Notes under the pieces: generated by a model
Database searches by the model: none
What the model saw: only the letters and a program-made list of their open reading frames with translations
Told to the model about the DNA's origin: nothing
In this document: in pieces, positions 34,825 to 45,132 of the stretch
Numbering within the stretch: the first letter of the stretch is position 1
Layout of the letters: every line of letters starts with the position of its first letter
Made by a program: the position numbers and the translations under genes
Assembly: GCA_038109085.1 (NCBI GenBank)
Contig: JAYNIL010000006.1
Location: 1-48,833, forward strand
Direction of reading: 5' to 3'
Source of the DNA: Chloroflexota bacterium
Lineage (GTDB): Bacteria > Chloroflexota > Dehalococcoidia > Lucifugimonadales > Australimonadaceae
Length of the DNA: 48,833 bases

Positions 34825-36093
34825 GTGACCACCACAGCCAAGGGCCCTGAGGACCTTATCGCCGCCTACACGCAGGCGCGGGCTGCCACCGAGGCCCTAT
34901 GCGCCACGCTGGAGACGGAGGACTACGTCATCCAGGCCATGCCCGACGTGAGCCCGGCCAAGTGGCACCTGGCGCACGTCTCCTGGTTCTTCGAGACGTT
35001 CCTGTTGCGCGCACACCTGCCTGGTTACCGGCCCGTGGACGAGCGCTACGCGGTGCTGTTCAACTCCTACTACAACGCCGTGGGCCCGCAGTTCTCCCGC
35101 CCGGAGCGCGGCACCCTCTCCAGGCCCACCGTGTCGGAGGTGTACGCGTACCGGGCCCACGTGGACGAGGGAATGCTGGCGCTGCTGGAGGGAATGGCCG
35201 CTGAGCAGACGGCGGCTCTGGCCCCGCTGGTTATGCTGGGCATGCACCACGAGCAGCAGCACCAAGAACTGTTGCTCACCGACCTCAAGTACAACCTCTC
35301 GGTGAACCCCCTCAGGCCCGCCTACCACGACCGCCCGCTCCCCACCGCGCCTGCGGCGCCGCTCACCTGGCGATCCTACGAAGGCGGTATCGTGGAGGTG
35401 GGGCACGCAGGCGAGGACTTCGCCTTCGACAACGAGTCGCCCCGCCACCGGGCGCTGTTGGAGCCTTTCGCCCTGGCATCGCGCCCCGTCTCCAATGCCG
35501 AGTGGCTGGCGTTCATGCAGGATGGCGGGTACGCCACCCCCACGCTGTGGCTCTCCCAGGGATGGGCCGCCGCCCAGCGGGAGGGCTGGGAGGCCCCGCT
35601 TCATTGGGAGCAGATTGACGGAAGCTGGCACCACTTCACCCTCTCCGGCCTAGTGCCGGTAGACTTGGACGCACCGGTGAGCCACGTCTCCTTCGTGGAG
35701 GCCGACGCCTACGCCCACTGGGCGGGGGCGCGTCTGCCCAGCGAAGAGGAGTGGGAGCACGCGTTGGGCGGCTTACCCATCGAGGGCAACTTCGTCGAGT
35801 CTGGGCTGCACCATCCGGTCTCTTCAGGCCTCACACTGGGGGTGGACGGGTACCGGCAGGCCTTTGGCGATGTGTGGGAGTGGACGCGCTCCGCCTACCT
35901 GCCGTACCCCGGCTTCCGCGCGTCCGAGGGGGCGGTGGGCGAGTACAACGGCAAGTTCATGCTGGGGCAGATGGTGCTGCGCGGCGGCTCGTGCGCAACG
36001 CCAGCCAGCCACATCCGCGGCACCTACCGCAACTTCTTCTACCCGCCGGATCGTTGGCAGTTCACCGGCCTGCGCATCGCGAAGGACGGGTAG
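34825..36093 (+). CDS. egtB: ergothioneine sulfoxide synthase
   Basis: QAMPDVSPAKWHLAHVSWFFE, FNSYY, HHEQQHQELLLTD, GEYNGKFM, YRNFF...RWQFTG. Confidence 0.93.
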   Translation: MTTTAKGPEDLIAAYTQARAATEALCATLETEDYVIQAMPDVSPAKWHLAHVSWFFETFLLRAHLPGYRPVDERYAVLFNSYYNAVGPQFSRPERGTLSRPTVSEVYAYRAHVDEGMLALLEGMAAEQTAALAPLVMLGMHHEQQHQELLLTDLKYNLSVNPLRPAYHDRPLPTAPAAPLTWRSYEGGIVEVGHAGEDFAFDNESPRHRALLEPFALASRPVSNAEWLAFMQDGGYATPTLWLSQGWAAAQREGWEAPLHWEQIDGSWHHFTLSGLVPVDLDAPVSHVSFVEADAYAHWAGARLPSEEEWEHALGGLPIEGNFVESGLHHPVSSGLTLGVDGYRQAFGDVWEWTRSAYLPYPGFRASEGAVGEYNGKFMLGQMVLRGGSCATPASHIRGTYRNFFYPPDRWQFTGLRIAKDG

Positions 36094-36133
36094 TCCACCT
36101 CCCGCCGAGCGAGCGCAGCGAGCGGGGCGCTCG

Positions 36134-37393
36134 CTAGCGCGCGAACGCGGCGATGTCTGTCCGGTGCATCTTGCCGTCGTAGAAGACCTCGTTGGCCGCT
36201 CGGTAGGCAAGTCGCCGCGCCGCCTTGGCGTCGGCGGTCACCCCCACCACCATGAGAACCCGCCCGCCCGCCGTCACCACCTGCCCGTCACGCAGCCCCG
36301 TGCCCGCGTGGAAGGTGAGCACTCCCTGGGGCAGCGTCTCCAGGTTGCCGACGACCCTGCCTGTCTCAAAGGGGCCGGGATAGCCCGCCGATGCGAGCAC
36401 CACGCCGATGGCCGCGTCGTCGCTCCAGCGCAGATCCAGCGCGTCGAGCCGCCCGTCCAGCACGGCGTCCACCACGTCCAGCAGGTCGTTCTCTAGGCGT
36501 GGGAGTATCAGCTGTGTCTCCGGGTCGCCAAAGCGCGCGTTGAACTCCAGCACCTGCGGCCCGTCGGACGTGAGAATGATGCCGCCGTACAGTACGCCGG
36601 TGTAGGGTATGCCTGAGCGGGCCAGCTCCGCCACCACGGGCTCGATGCACGTGGTGCGGATGCGCTCCTCCAGCGCCGCGTCCCAGAAGGGGGGCGGGGA
36701 GTAGCCGCCCATGCCGCCGGTGTTGGGGCCCCTATCGCCATCGCGTATGCGCTTGTAGTCGCACGCCGCCACGAGCAGGGAGACGCAGGCCCCGTCAGTG
36801 AAGGCGAAGACGCTTACCTCCTGACCTACCAGGCACGCCTCCACCACCAAATTGGCCCCGGCTTCGCCGAAGGCGCGGTCGGTCATCATGGCGTCCACGG
36901 CGGCCAGCGCCTCGTCCTCGTGCTGCGCGACCACCACTCCCTTACCCGCGGCCAGCCCATCGGCCTTGACCACGATGGGCGCGCCCTGCTGGCGGATGTA
37001 CGTCTTCGCAGCCTCAGCGTCGTCGAAGGTGCCGAAGGCGGCTGTGGGCACACCAGCGCGGGCCATCAGTTCCTTGGCGAAGGCCTTCGACCACTCTATG
37101 CGGGCCGCCTCGCGGGTGGGGCCGAAGATGCGCAGCCCCTCGGCCCGAAACCGGTTCACCACCCCAGCGACCAGTGTGGCCTCCGGGCCCACCACCGTCA
37201 CGTCGATAGCGTGCTCGCGCGCGGCGGCCAGCAGGCCCTCCACGTCGTCGGTTTTCACGTCAAGGTTGGTTGCGATGGACGCCGTGCCCGCATTGCCCGG
37301 GGCGCAGAAGATGCGCGGCCCGCGCGGGCTGCGCGCCAGCTTCCAGCACAGAGCGTGCTCGCGCCCACCGCCGCCGATGACCAGGACGTTCAT
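36134..37393 (-). CDS. purD: phosphoribosylamine--glycine ligase
   Basis: GGGGREHAL, KADGLAAGKGV, GPNTGGMG, EFNARFGDPE. Confidence 0.97.
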   Translation of the reverse strand: MNVLVIGGGGREHALCWKLARSPRGPRIFCAPGNAGTASIATNLDVKTDDVEGLLAAAREHAIDVTVVGPEATLVAGVVNRFRAEGLRIFGPTREAARIEWSKAFAKELMARAGVPTAAFGTFDDAEAAKTYIRQQGAPIVVKADGLAAGKGVVVAQHEDEALAAVDAMMTDRAFGEAGANLVVEACLVGQEVSVFAFTDGACVSLLVAACDYKRIRDGDRGPNTGGMGGYSPPPFWDAALEERIRTTCIEPVVAELARSGIPYTGVLYGGIILTSDGPQVLEFNARFGDPETQLILPRLENDLLDVVDAVLDGRLDALDLRWSDDAAIGVVLASAGYPGPFETGRVVGNLETLPQGVLTFHAGTGLRDGQVVTAGGRVLMVVGVTADAKAARRLAYRAANEVFYDGKMHRTDIAAFAR

Positions 37394-37400
37394 GGGGTGC

Positions 37401-39080
37401 CTACTCCCACTCGATGGTGCCGGGCGGCTTGGAGGTGATGTCATACACCACCCGGTTCACCGCCCCAACTTCGTTGACGATGCGGGAGGAGATGCGCGCG
37501 AGCGTCTCGTAGGGCAGGCGCGCCCAGTCGGCGGTCATGGCGTCTTCGCTGGTCACCGCGCGCAGGGCCACCACGTGCTGGTAGGTGCGCTGGTCGCCCA
37601 TGACGCCCACCGTGCGGGTGTCGGTGAGGACGGCGAAGGACTGCCAGAGCTTCTCGTACAGGCCGTCACGCTTGATCTCATCCATGACGATCCAGTCCGC
37701 GGCACGGAGGGCGTCCAGTTTCTCGCCGGTCACCTCGCCGATGACCCGGATGGCCAGGCCGGGGCCGGGGAACGGCTGGCGGTTCAGTATCTCGCCTGGC
37801 AGGCCCAGTTCAGCCCCCGCCAGGCGCACCTCGTCCTTGAACAGGTAGCGCAGTGGTTCCACCAACTTGAGCTTCATGCGCTCCGGCAGCCCGCCCACGT
37901 TGTGGTGGGTCTTTATCTTGTGCGCGGCGGACGATTCCGGTGTCTGGGACTCGATAACGTCAGGGTACAGGGTGCCCTGGGCCAGGAAGTCCACCTCGCC
38001 GAGTCTGCCGGCCTGCTCCTCGAAGATGGCGATGAACTCGTTGCCGATGCGCTTGCGCTTGATCTCGGGGTCCGTCACCCCGGCCAGGGCGGTCAGGAAG
38101 CGCTCCGTGGCCTCCACGTAAACCAGGTTGAGCCCCAGGTTGCGGGTGAACACCTCGCGGACCCGCTCCGGCTCCTCCCGGCGCAGCAGGCCGTTGTTCA
38201 CGAAGATGCAGGTGAGCTGGTCGCCCACCGCCTCGTGGATCAGCTTGGCGGTCACCGCCGAGTCCACCCCGCCGGAGAGCGCGCAGATGACCTTGCCGTC
38301 GCCAACCTGAGCTCGGATACGCTCCACCGTCTCGCGCACGAAGTTGCCTGGCGTCCAGGAGCCCGACAGGCCACAGATGCGTGTGGCGAAGTTACGCAGC
38401 ATCTCCGTACCCTGAGGCGTGTGCGCCACCTCCGGGTGGAACTGGATGCCGTAGTGGCCCTCGTCGTCCGCCATGGCGGCGACGGGGGAGTTATCGGAGT
38501 AGGCGATGGCCCTGAACCCCGGCGGCATCTGCTCGATGCGGTCGCCGTGGCTCATCCACACAGGCTGCTCTTGCTCCAGTCCTTCGAACAGAGGTGAACG
38601 CTCGTTGCGCCGCAGGACGGCGAACCCGTACTCGCGCTCCGTGGAGGACGCGACGCTTCCGCCCAGCTGGTGGGCCAGCAGTTGCATGCCGTAGCAGATG
38701 CCCAGCACGGGCACGCCCGCGGCATACACCCAAGAGGGCGCCTGCGGGGCATCCTTCGCGTACACGCTCGCTGGCCCGCCGGAGAGGATGATGCCCTTCA
38801 GATTCAGCTTGGAGACCGCTTCACGCGTGGCGTTGGGCGGGAGGATCTCGCAGTAGACGTTCAGCTCGCGGATGCGCCGGGCGATGAGACGGGAGTACTG
38901 GGAGCCGAAGTCCAGCACCGCGATGGCTTCGGTGGGCGCCGGGGGATGCGGTGTGTGCTCGGTAGAGTGGCCCTCCCGCTCCTGCGCGATCTCCAGGTAG
39001 GTGGAAACCTCCACGTCCCCTGAGGTCTTGACCCGGTGGGTCTGCTCGTCGGGGGAGTTGGACGCTGGCTGCTTCGCCAT
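37401..39080 (-). CDS. guaA: GMP synthase (glutamine-hydrolysing) with N-terminal extension
   Basis: [49 protein letters not shown]. Confidence 0.97.
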   Translation of the reverse strand: MAKQPASNSPDEQTHRVKTSGDVEVSTYLEIAQEREGHSTEHTPHPPAPTEAIAVLDFGSQYSRLIARRIRELNVYCEILPPNATREAVSKLNLKGIILSGGPASVYAKDAPQAPSWVYAAGVPVLGICYGMQLLAHQLGGSVASSTEREYGFAVLRRNERSPLFEGLEQEQPVWMSHGDRIEQMPPGFRAIAYSDNSPVAAMADDEGHYGIQFHPEVAHTPQGTEMLRNFATRICGLSGSWTPGNFVRETVERIRAQVGDGKVICALSGGVDSAVTAKLIHEAVGDQLTCIFVNNGLLRREEPERVREVFTRNLGLNLVYVEATERFLTALAGVTDPEIKRKRIGNEFIAIFEEQAGRLGEVDFLAQGTLYPDVIESQTPESSAAHKIKTHHNVGGLPERMKLKLVEPLRYLFKDEVRLAGAELGLPGEILNRQPFPGPGLAIRVIGEVTGEKLDALRAADWIVMDEIKRDGLYEKLWQSFAVLTDTRTVGVMGDQRTYQHVVALRAVTSEDAMTADWARLPYETLARISSRIVNEVGAVNRVVYDITSKPPGTIEWE

Positions 39081-39208
39081 GGGTCTCCTGCGCGTGGGAG
39101 AGGGTTGGCTAACGCTATCACCCGTGTGGAAATGGGGTCAACGCGGGCGCAACGAGGTCTCCTTTGCTATGCTGCAGCCCGTCTGCACCCCACCCCCGAG
39201 AGCATCCC

Positions 39209-40219
39209 ATGGACCCCGCCGCCGACAACCCGCTGGCCGCCCATCAGGACGCTGTGAATGCGGCTCTCGCACGTACATTGGAGCAGGCCGGCGCTTCCGG
39301 GCTCCCCCTCTATCGCATGATGTCCTACGCGCTTGGCCTGACAGACAGGGAGGGGGCGCCAGAGCAGGGCGAACCCCCATTCCGGCTCCTGGGGGCCCTG
39401 GCCCTTGAGGCAGGCGGTTCAGATGCGATGCAGGGCGCAGTGGCCGTGGAGTTGCTGGCTGCCTCGGTGGCCGTTCACCAGGAGATGCAACTGGGCGCGC
39501 AGGGCACCCCGGAGCGGCCCGCCGTGTGGTGGCTGTGGGGCCCAGCCCAGGCCATCAACGTGGGTGACGCGCTGCACGCCCTGGCCCGCCTCAGGCTGCT
39601 GCGGCATTCAGAAGCAGAACCCGGAGCGCCGGACGGAGCCATCGCGTCCGCCCATGAGTTGGATGCCACCGCGCTGACCCACGCCGAGGGGCAGTTCCTG
39701 GAGCTGACCTACCAGGAGCGCGTGGACGTGTCCGTAGCCCAGTTCACGGACATGGCCCGAAAGCGACGGGGCGGCCTGTTGGGCGGTGCGCTGGCCGTGG
39801 GTGCCGCCACCGCTAGCGCGCACCCGGCGCGGGTGGACGCGCTGCGCTCATTCGGAGAGGCGCTGGGGGTGGCGGCGCAGATGGCCGATGACCTGGCCGC
39901 GCTCTGGGGAGAGGCCTCCGAGGAGGGGCGCGGACGGGCCCTCTCCAAGAGCAAGCTTTACCCCGTGGTGGAGCTGCAGGAGCGCGCGGACCTAGCCACC
40001 AAGCGCGAACTGGGCAACGTCTACTTCCAGCGGGTGCTGGAGCCCGCGCATCTGGACGCGCTGCGCGGGACGCTGGAGCGGGCGGGGACCCGCGAGCGTT
40101 GCTCCGGCGCCGTGACGCAGGCGCGCGAGGCCGCGCTGGCGGCCCTGGCAGCTTCGGGCGAGCCCGCAGGGCGTTGGGCTGCCGTGGCCGCATCGCTGAC
40201 ACTGATACCCGAGGACTGA
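39209..40219 (+). CDS. polyprenyl-diphosphate synthase-like protein with degenerate Asp-rich motifs
   Basis: AVAVELL, VWWLWGPAQAINVGDAL, EGQ, FGEALGVAAQMADD. Confidence 0.75.
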   Translation: MDPAADNPLAAHQDAVNAALARTLEQAGASGLPLYRMMSYALGLTDREGAPEQGEPPFRLLGALALEAGGSDAMQGAVAVELLAASVAVHQEMQLGAQGTPERPAVWWLWGPAQAINVGDALHALARLRLLRHSEAEPGAPDGAIASAHELDATALTHAEGQFLELTYQERVDVSVAQFTDMARKRRGGLLGGALAVGAATASAHPARVDALRSFGEALGVAAQMADDLAALWGEASEEGRGRALSKSKLYPVVELQERADLATKRELGNVYFQRVLEPAHLDALRGTLERAGTRERCSGAVTQAREAALAALAASGEPAGRWAAVAASLTLIPED

Positions 40220-40222
40220 AGC

Positions 40223-41410
40223 ATGGCCAAGAAGACCGTCCGCGACATCGCATGGAGCGGAAAGCGCGCGCTGGTGCGCGTTGACTTCAACGTTCCCTTC
40301 GAGCGGGGCTCGACGCGCATCTCCGACGACATCCGCATCCGCGAGGCGCTGCCCACCATCACCCATCTCCGTGAGCAGGGGGCCTCGGTAGTGCTGTGCA
40401 CCCACCTCGGCCGCCCCGGCGGGGAGCGCAACCCGGACATGGAGCTGGGCCCCGTGGCCGAGCGCCTCGCAGAATTTCTTGCGACTCCCGTAACCTACGT
40501 GCACGATGCGCCTGGTCCTGAGGCACTGGCCGCCGCCCAAGGGCTGCGGGCGGGCGAGGTTTTGCTGCTTGAGAACATCCGCTTCTGGCCGGGTGAGGAG
40601 GCCAACGATGCGGACTTTGCCCGGGCCCTGGCGGGCCTGGCCGATACCTACGTCAATGACGCTTTCGGCACGGCGCACCGGGCTCACGCCTCCACGGAGG
40701 GTGTGGCGCACCACCTGCCCGCCGTGGCGGGGCTGCTGCTGGAGAAGGAGCTGCGCTTCCTGGGCGGCGCTCTGGAGGAGCCCCGGCGCCCACTGGCCGC
40801 GCTGATGGGCGGAGCCAAGGTGTCCGACAAGCTCAAGGTGCTCCAGCGCCTGGTGGGCCATGCCGAGCACATCTTCGTGGGCGGCGGCATGGCCGCCACC
40901 TTCCTCAAGGCCAAGGGCCTGGGTATAGGCGCATCGCTCCTGGAGCAGCCGATGGTAGCCCAGTGCGCCGGACTGCTGGAAAAGGCGGCGGGCGCGGGCA
41001 CTATGTTGCACCTGCCCACGGACGCGGTCATCGCCCAAAAACTAGAGATGGGCGCCCCCACCCGGAATGTAAGCGTGGACGCCGTGCCGGAGGGGTGGAT
41101 GATCCTGGACATCGGCCCCGCGACGGCCCGTGACTTCGCGGTGACGCTGCGGACGATTGGCACCATCGTCTGGAACGGGCCCATGGGCGTGTTCGAGGTG
41201 CCGCCCTTCGATGCGGGCACCCGCACCGTGGCGGACGCCGTGGCGGACTCCGGCGCGGTGAGCATCATAGGCGGCGGCTCCACCGCGGAGGTGGTGGGCC
41301 ACCTAGGCCTGGCAGGGAAGATGACCCACGTCTCCACGGGGGGCGGGGCGAGCCTGGAGTTCCTAGAAGGGCGCACGCTGCCTGGCGTGGCCGCCCTCAA
41401 CGACGCCTAG
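40223..41410 (+). CDS. pgk: phosphoglycerate kinase
   Basis: RVDFNVP, HLGRP, LLENIRF, NDAFGTAHRAHAS, HVSTGGGASLEFLEG. Confidence 0.98.
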   Translation: MAKKTVRDIAWSGKRALVRVDFNVPFERGSTRISDDIRIREALPTITHLREQGASVVLCTHLGRPGGERNPDMELGPVAERLAEFLATPVTYVHDAPGPEALAAAQGLRAGEVLLLENIRFWPGEEANDADFARALAGLADTYVNDAFGTAHRAHASTEGVAHHLPAVAGLLLEKELRFLGGALEEPRRPLAALMGGAKVSDKLKVLQRLVGHAEHIFVGGGMAATFLKAKGLGIGASLLEQPMVAQCAGLLEKAAGAGTMLHLPTDAVIAQKLEMGAPTRNVSVDAVPEGWMILDIGPATARDFAVTLRTIGTIVWNGPMGVFEVPPFDAGTRTVADAVADSGAVSIIGGGSTAEVVGHLGLAGKMTHVSTGGGASLEFLEGRTLPGVAALNDA

Positions 41411-41435
41411 CGCCACGGCGCACGAGGAGAGAACG

Positions 41436-42203
41436 ATGCGGACGCCGATGGTGGCGGGCAACTGGAAGATGAACACCACGCTGGCCGAGGCCACGGCCCT
41501 TGCTGAGGAGCTTCGCGCGGCGCTGAGCCCGGTGAAGGGCGTTGGCCTGCTGGTTTGTCCGCCCTTCGTCTCGCTGGCCACCGTGTCGGGAGCGCTGGCG
41601 GGCTCCGGCATCGCCGTGGGCGCGCAGAACATGCACCCTGAGGCCAAGGGGGCATTCACCGGCGAAGTGTCCGGACCTATGCTCACGGGTCTCGCTACCC
41701 ACGTCATCCTCGGCCACTCGGAGCGCCGGCACCTGCTGGGTGAGGACGACTCCTTGATCGCCACCAAGGTGCGGTCTGCGTTGGGGCTGGGCCTCACGCC
41801 CGTACTGTGCGTGGGAGAGACGCTGGTTCAGCGCGAGTCGGGGAAGGCCGAGGCCGTGGTGGCCGGGCAGCTGGCCGCGGGCCTGGCTGGCCTGGACGCC
41901 GGTGCCATTGGTAGGGTGGTGGTGGCCTACGAACCCGTGTGGGCCATCGGCACGGGGCGCGCGGCGACACCGGTGATTGCCCAGGCGATGATGGGTGCCG
42001 TGCGCTACGAGCTCACACGCCTCTCCCATGTGGACACCGCCCAGAGCATGCCGCTCCTATACGGCGGTAGCGTGAACCCCGCCAACGCCGCTGAACTGGC
42101 CGCCCAGGAGGACATCGACGGGGCGCTGGTGGGCGGCGCAAGCCTGGTGGCCGCGCAATTCGCCGCCATCGCCACGGCCTTCGCGGCGCGCGCCGCTCGC
42201 TAG
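41436..42203 (+). CDS. tpiA: triosephosphate isomerase
   Basis: AGNWKMN, GHSERR, AYEPVWAIGTG, YGGSV, LVGGASL. Confidence 0.98.
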   Translation: MRTPMVAGNWKMNTTLAEATALAEELRAALSPVKGVGLLVCPPFVSLATVSGALAGSGIAVGAQNMHPEAKGAFTGEVSGPMLTGLATHVILGHSERRHLLGEDDSLIATKVRSALGLGLTPVLCVGETLVQRESGKAEAVVAGQLAAGLAGLDAGAIGRVVVAYEPVWAIGTGRAATPVIAQAMMGAVRYELTRLSHVDTAQSMPLLYGGSVNPANAAELAAQEDIDGALVGGASLVAAQFAAIATAFAARAAR

Positions 42204-42205
42204 CC

Positions 42206-43132
42206 GTGCCCGCCACGCGAGCTCCCGCCGTCTTCATCGTGGGGCCCACGGCCTCCGGCAAGACTGCGGCGGCCATCGCCCTGGCCGGTGGGCTGGCGGG
42301 TCATCCCCCCGCAGAAGCGGTTAACGCAGACTCGCGTCAAGTCTACCGGGGCATGTCCATCGGCACGGCCAAGCCCACCGCCGCGGAGCAGGCTGGGCTG
42401 CGTCACCATTTGGTGGACATCACCGACCCTCAGGACGGCTTTTCCCTGGCCGCGTTCCTCGATGCGGCACGGGAGGCTATCGCTGATGTGCAGGGAAGGG
42501 GGGCGCTCCCCATCGTGGTGGGTGGCACCGGCCAGTACGTGTGGGGGCTGGCCGAGGGGTGGCAGGTACCGCGTGTGCCGCCCGACCCAGTACTGCGCGC
42601 CCGGCTTGAGACAGAGGGTCCGGCGGCGCTGCACGCGCGCCTAGCTCAGGTGGACCCCGAAGCGGCCGCAGCCATCGGCCCCCGCAACACCCGGCGCCTG
42701 GTGCGGGCACTGGAGGTGTGGGAGGCCACGGGCGAGCCCTTCTCCGGCCAGCGCCAGCGGGCCGAGCCGACCTTCGAGCCGCTGCTCTACGGCCTGCGCA
42801 TGCCCCGCGAGACCCTCTACAGGCGCATCGACGGGCGGGTGGATGCCATGCTGGCTGCGGGCTGGCCCGCCGAGGTGCGCGCGCTGCTCGATGCGGGCTG
42901 CAGGCCGGACCATCCTGCCTTCTCCAGCGCGGGGTACCGGGATTTGGCAGCGTATCTTTTGGGTCAGAAAAGCCTTGATGAGGCAGCCCACAAGGCGAAA
43001 GTCGCCACGCACCGGCTGGCGCGCTCCCAGGACGGCTGGTTCCGGGCGGACGACCCGCGTATCAGCTGGTGCGACGGGCAGCAGGCTCTGGTGGAGTCGG
43101 CTGCAAAGGCGGTTTGGGCGCGGCTCACTTGA
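42206..43132 (+). CDS. miaA: tRNA dimethylallyltransferase
   Basis: GPTASGKT, ADSRQVYRGMSIGTAKP, VGGTGQY, RLVRALEV. Confidence 0.96.
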   Translation: MPATRAPAVFIVGPTASGKTAAAIALAGGLAGHPPAEAVNADSRQVYRGMSIGTAKPTAAEQAGLRHHLVDITDPQDGFSLAAFLDAAREAIADVQGRGALPIVVGGTGQYVWGLAEGWQVPRVPPDPVLRARLETEGPAALHARLAQVDPEAAAAIGPRNTRRLVRALEVWEATGEPFSGQRQRAEPTFEPLLYGLRMPRETLYRRIDGRVDAMLAAGWPAEVRALLDAGCRPDHPAFSSAGYRDLAAYLLGQKSLDEAAHKAKVATHRLARSQDGWFRADDPRISWCDGQQALVESAAKAVWARLT

Positions 43133-43200
43133 CGCCAGAGGGCCGCTCAGGCACTCTTTTGCGAACCCCGCGTACGCGAGAAAAATCGAGGCAGGTGAAC

Positions 43201-43857
43201 ATGGATCCCATCGTTGAGGCATTCTCCAAGCTGGGCACGACGCCCGTGTCCGACGCCCTCGACCGGCTCGGCCTGGTCGGGCAGGTGCTGGGCATCAAGC
43301 CCATCGACCGCAAGTTCCGTCTGTGCGGACGCGCTTTCACGGTGCGCACCGAGCCCGTGACCGCCGGCACCAAGGGCGCCAGCGTGGGCGACTACATCGA
43401 CGACATCCCAGAGGGCGGCATCGTGGTGCTGGACAACGGCGGCGCACTGGACGCCACCGTGTGGGGCGACATCCTGACCATCATGGCCTCCCGCAACAAG
43501 CTGGGCGGCACCGTTATCCACGGCGTATGCCGCGACTCCGACCGGTCCCTGGAGCTGGGCTACCCCATCTTCGCCCGCGACACCTACATGCGCACGGGCA
43601 AGGACCGGGTGAAGGCCGAGGAGTACAACGGCCCCGTCTCCCTGGGCGAGGTGCGTGTGACCCCCGGCGACATCCTGCTGGGTGACGGCGACGGCATCGT
43701 GGTGGTCTCCAAGGAGCACGAGGAGCAGGTGCTCAAGACCGCCCAGGACATCGACGCCATCGAGGAACAGATCCGCAACGAGATCCAGAAGGGCGGGCGC
43801 CTGGATGAGGCCCGCAAGAAGTTCCGCTACTTCTCCCTCCAGTCCCGCGAGAAGTAG
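43201..43857 (+). CDS. RraA-family protein, probable HMG/CHA aldolase (LigK/GalC role)
   Basis: VSDALD, GRAFTV, VWGDIL, GVCRD, GDILLGDGDGIVV; sits directly upstream of ligU-ligI. Confidence 0.75.
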   Translation: MDPIVEAFSKLGTTPVSDALDRLGLVGQVLGIKPIDRKFRLCGRAFTVRTEPVTAGTKGASVGDYIDDIPEGGIVVLDNGGALDATVWGDILTIMASRNKLGGTVIHGVCRDSDRSLELGYPIFARDTYMRTGKDRVKAEEYNGPVSLGEVRVTPGDILLGDGDGIVVVSKEHEEQVLKTAQDIDAIEEQIRNEIQKGGRLDEARKKFRYFSLQSREK

Positions 43858-43877
43858 ACCCACCTGCCAGAGCGAGA

Positions 43878-43910
43878 GAACGGGGCGCCACACGGCGCCC
43901 CGTTCCGTTT
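43878..43910 (+). terminator. intrinsic terminator-like hairpin
   Basis: GAACGGGGCGCC-ACAC-GGCGCCCCGTTC followed by CGTTT. Confidence 0.65.
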
Positions 43911-43930
43911 ACCCGGCGGCCCTCCTGCCC

Positions 43931-43959
43931 TTGACCCCCCACGGGGGGCGGGGTAGCGT
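43931..43959 (+). promoter_or_regulatory. sigma70-type promoter candidate for ligU-ligI
   Basis: TTGACC-17 bp-TAGCGT; a CCCCCC-AC-GGGGGG dyad overlaps the -35 box and spacer. Confidence 0.5.
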
Positions 43960-44011
43960 TCCCCTCACCAGCGGGGCATCCCGCCATCGAGCCATCACGG
44001 AGGCATCCTCC

Positions 44012-45124
44012 ATGCAGACGAACATCCCTTGTGTCCTTATGCGGGGCGGCACGTCCAAGGGCCCCTTCTTCCTGGCCAAGGACCTGCCCACAGACCCCGA
44101 CCTGCGCGATAGGGTGCTTCTAGCCCTCATGGGCTCGCCCGACGTGCGCCAGATCGACGGCCTTGGCGGGGCCGACCCGCTCACGTCGAAAGTGGCCGTG
44201 GTGAGCGCCCCCTCCACGCGTGAGGACTGCGACGTGGACTACCTGTTCCTCCAGGTGGTGCCCGACAAGCCGGTGGTGGACCTGACCCAGAACTGCGGCA
44301 ACATGCTGGCGGGCGTGGGGCCCTTCGCCATCGAGCATGGGCTCATTCCGGCGCAGGACGGCGAGACGCCCGTGCGCATCCACATGGTCAACTCCGGTGA
44401 CAAGGCCGTCGCCCGCATCCCCACTCCCGGCGGCGAGGTGGAGTACGGGGGCGACGCGCGCATCGACGGAGTGCCCGGTACCGCCGCCCCCATCTTCATC
44501 GACGTTGAGGAGACGGCGGGGAGCATCTGCGGGGCGCTCCTGCCCACGGGCAATCTGATGGACGTCATCGACGGCATCGAGTGCACGCTGATGGACAACG
44601 GCATGCCGGTGGTCGCCATGCGCGCCGAGGACCTGGGCCGCAGCGGCTACGAGACGCGCGATGAGCTCAACGCCGACGAGGAGCTCAAGAAGCGCATCGA
44701 GTCCATACGTCTCAAGGCCGGGCCGATGATGAACCTGGGGGACGTCACCGATAAGGTCGTGCCCAAGATGTTCCTGCTGGCCAAGCCCAAGGCGGGAGGG
44801 GCCATCTCCACCCGCTCGTACATTCCCAAGGTGGCCCACGCGTCCATCGGAGTGCTGGCGGCGGTCACCGTGGCCACCGCCGCCGTGATGCCGGGCACCA
44901 CGGCCTATGAGCTGGCGGTGCGCCCCGAAGGCTCGCGCAAGGTGCTGGAGCTGGAGCACCCCACGGGCTTCTTCACCGTGGAGATAGAGACCGAGGGCCC
45001 CGAGTCCTCCCTTCACATCAAGCGCTCGGCGCTGCTGCGCACCGCCCGGCGGATAATGGAGGGGCAGGTGAGCATCCCCGCTGAGGTCTGGGACGGCAAG
45101 AGCGCCCCGGCAGCCCGCGTCTAG
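44012..45124 (+). CDS. ligU: 4-oxalomesaconate tautomerase (PrpF family, LigU/GalD)
   Basis: MRGGTSKG, MGSPDVRQIDGLGGADPLTSKVA, QNCGNMLAGV, DNGMP, VPKM, EHPTG, RTAR. Confidence 0.9.
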   Translation: MQTNIPCVLMRGGTSKGPFFLAKDLPTDPDLRDRVLLALMGSPDVRQIDGLGGADPLTSKVAVVSAPSTREDCDVDYLFLQVVPDKPVVDLTQNCGNMLAGVGPFAIEHGLIPAQDGETPVRIHMVNSGDKAVARIPTPGGEVEYGGDARIDGVPGTAAPIFIDVEETAGSICGALLPTGNLMDVIDGIECTLMDNGMPVVAMRAEDLGRSGYETRDELNADEELKKRIESIRLKAGPMMNLGDVTDKVVPKMFLLAKPKAGGAISTRSYIPKVAHASIGVLAAVTVATAAVMPGTTAYELAVRPEGSRKVLELEHPTGFFTVEIETEGPESSLHIKRSALLRTARRIMEGQVSIPAEVWDGKSAPAARV

Positions 45125-45132
45125 GAGTAACG

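Noticed and set aside
34825-36093. egtB as selenoneine synthase SenA
   Set aside because: No senB glycosyltransferase or selD is adjacent, and the motifs fit ordinary EgtB.
36852-38597. 581-aa plus-strand ORF and many similar long antisense ORFs
   Set aside because: Shadow frames of purD/guaA and other real genes, expected in high-GC DNA.
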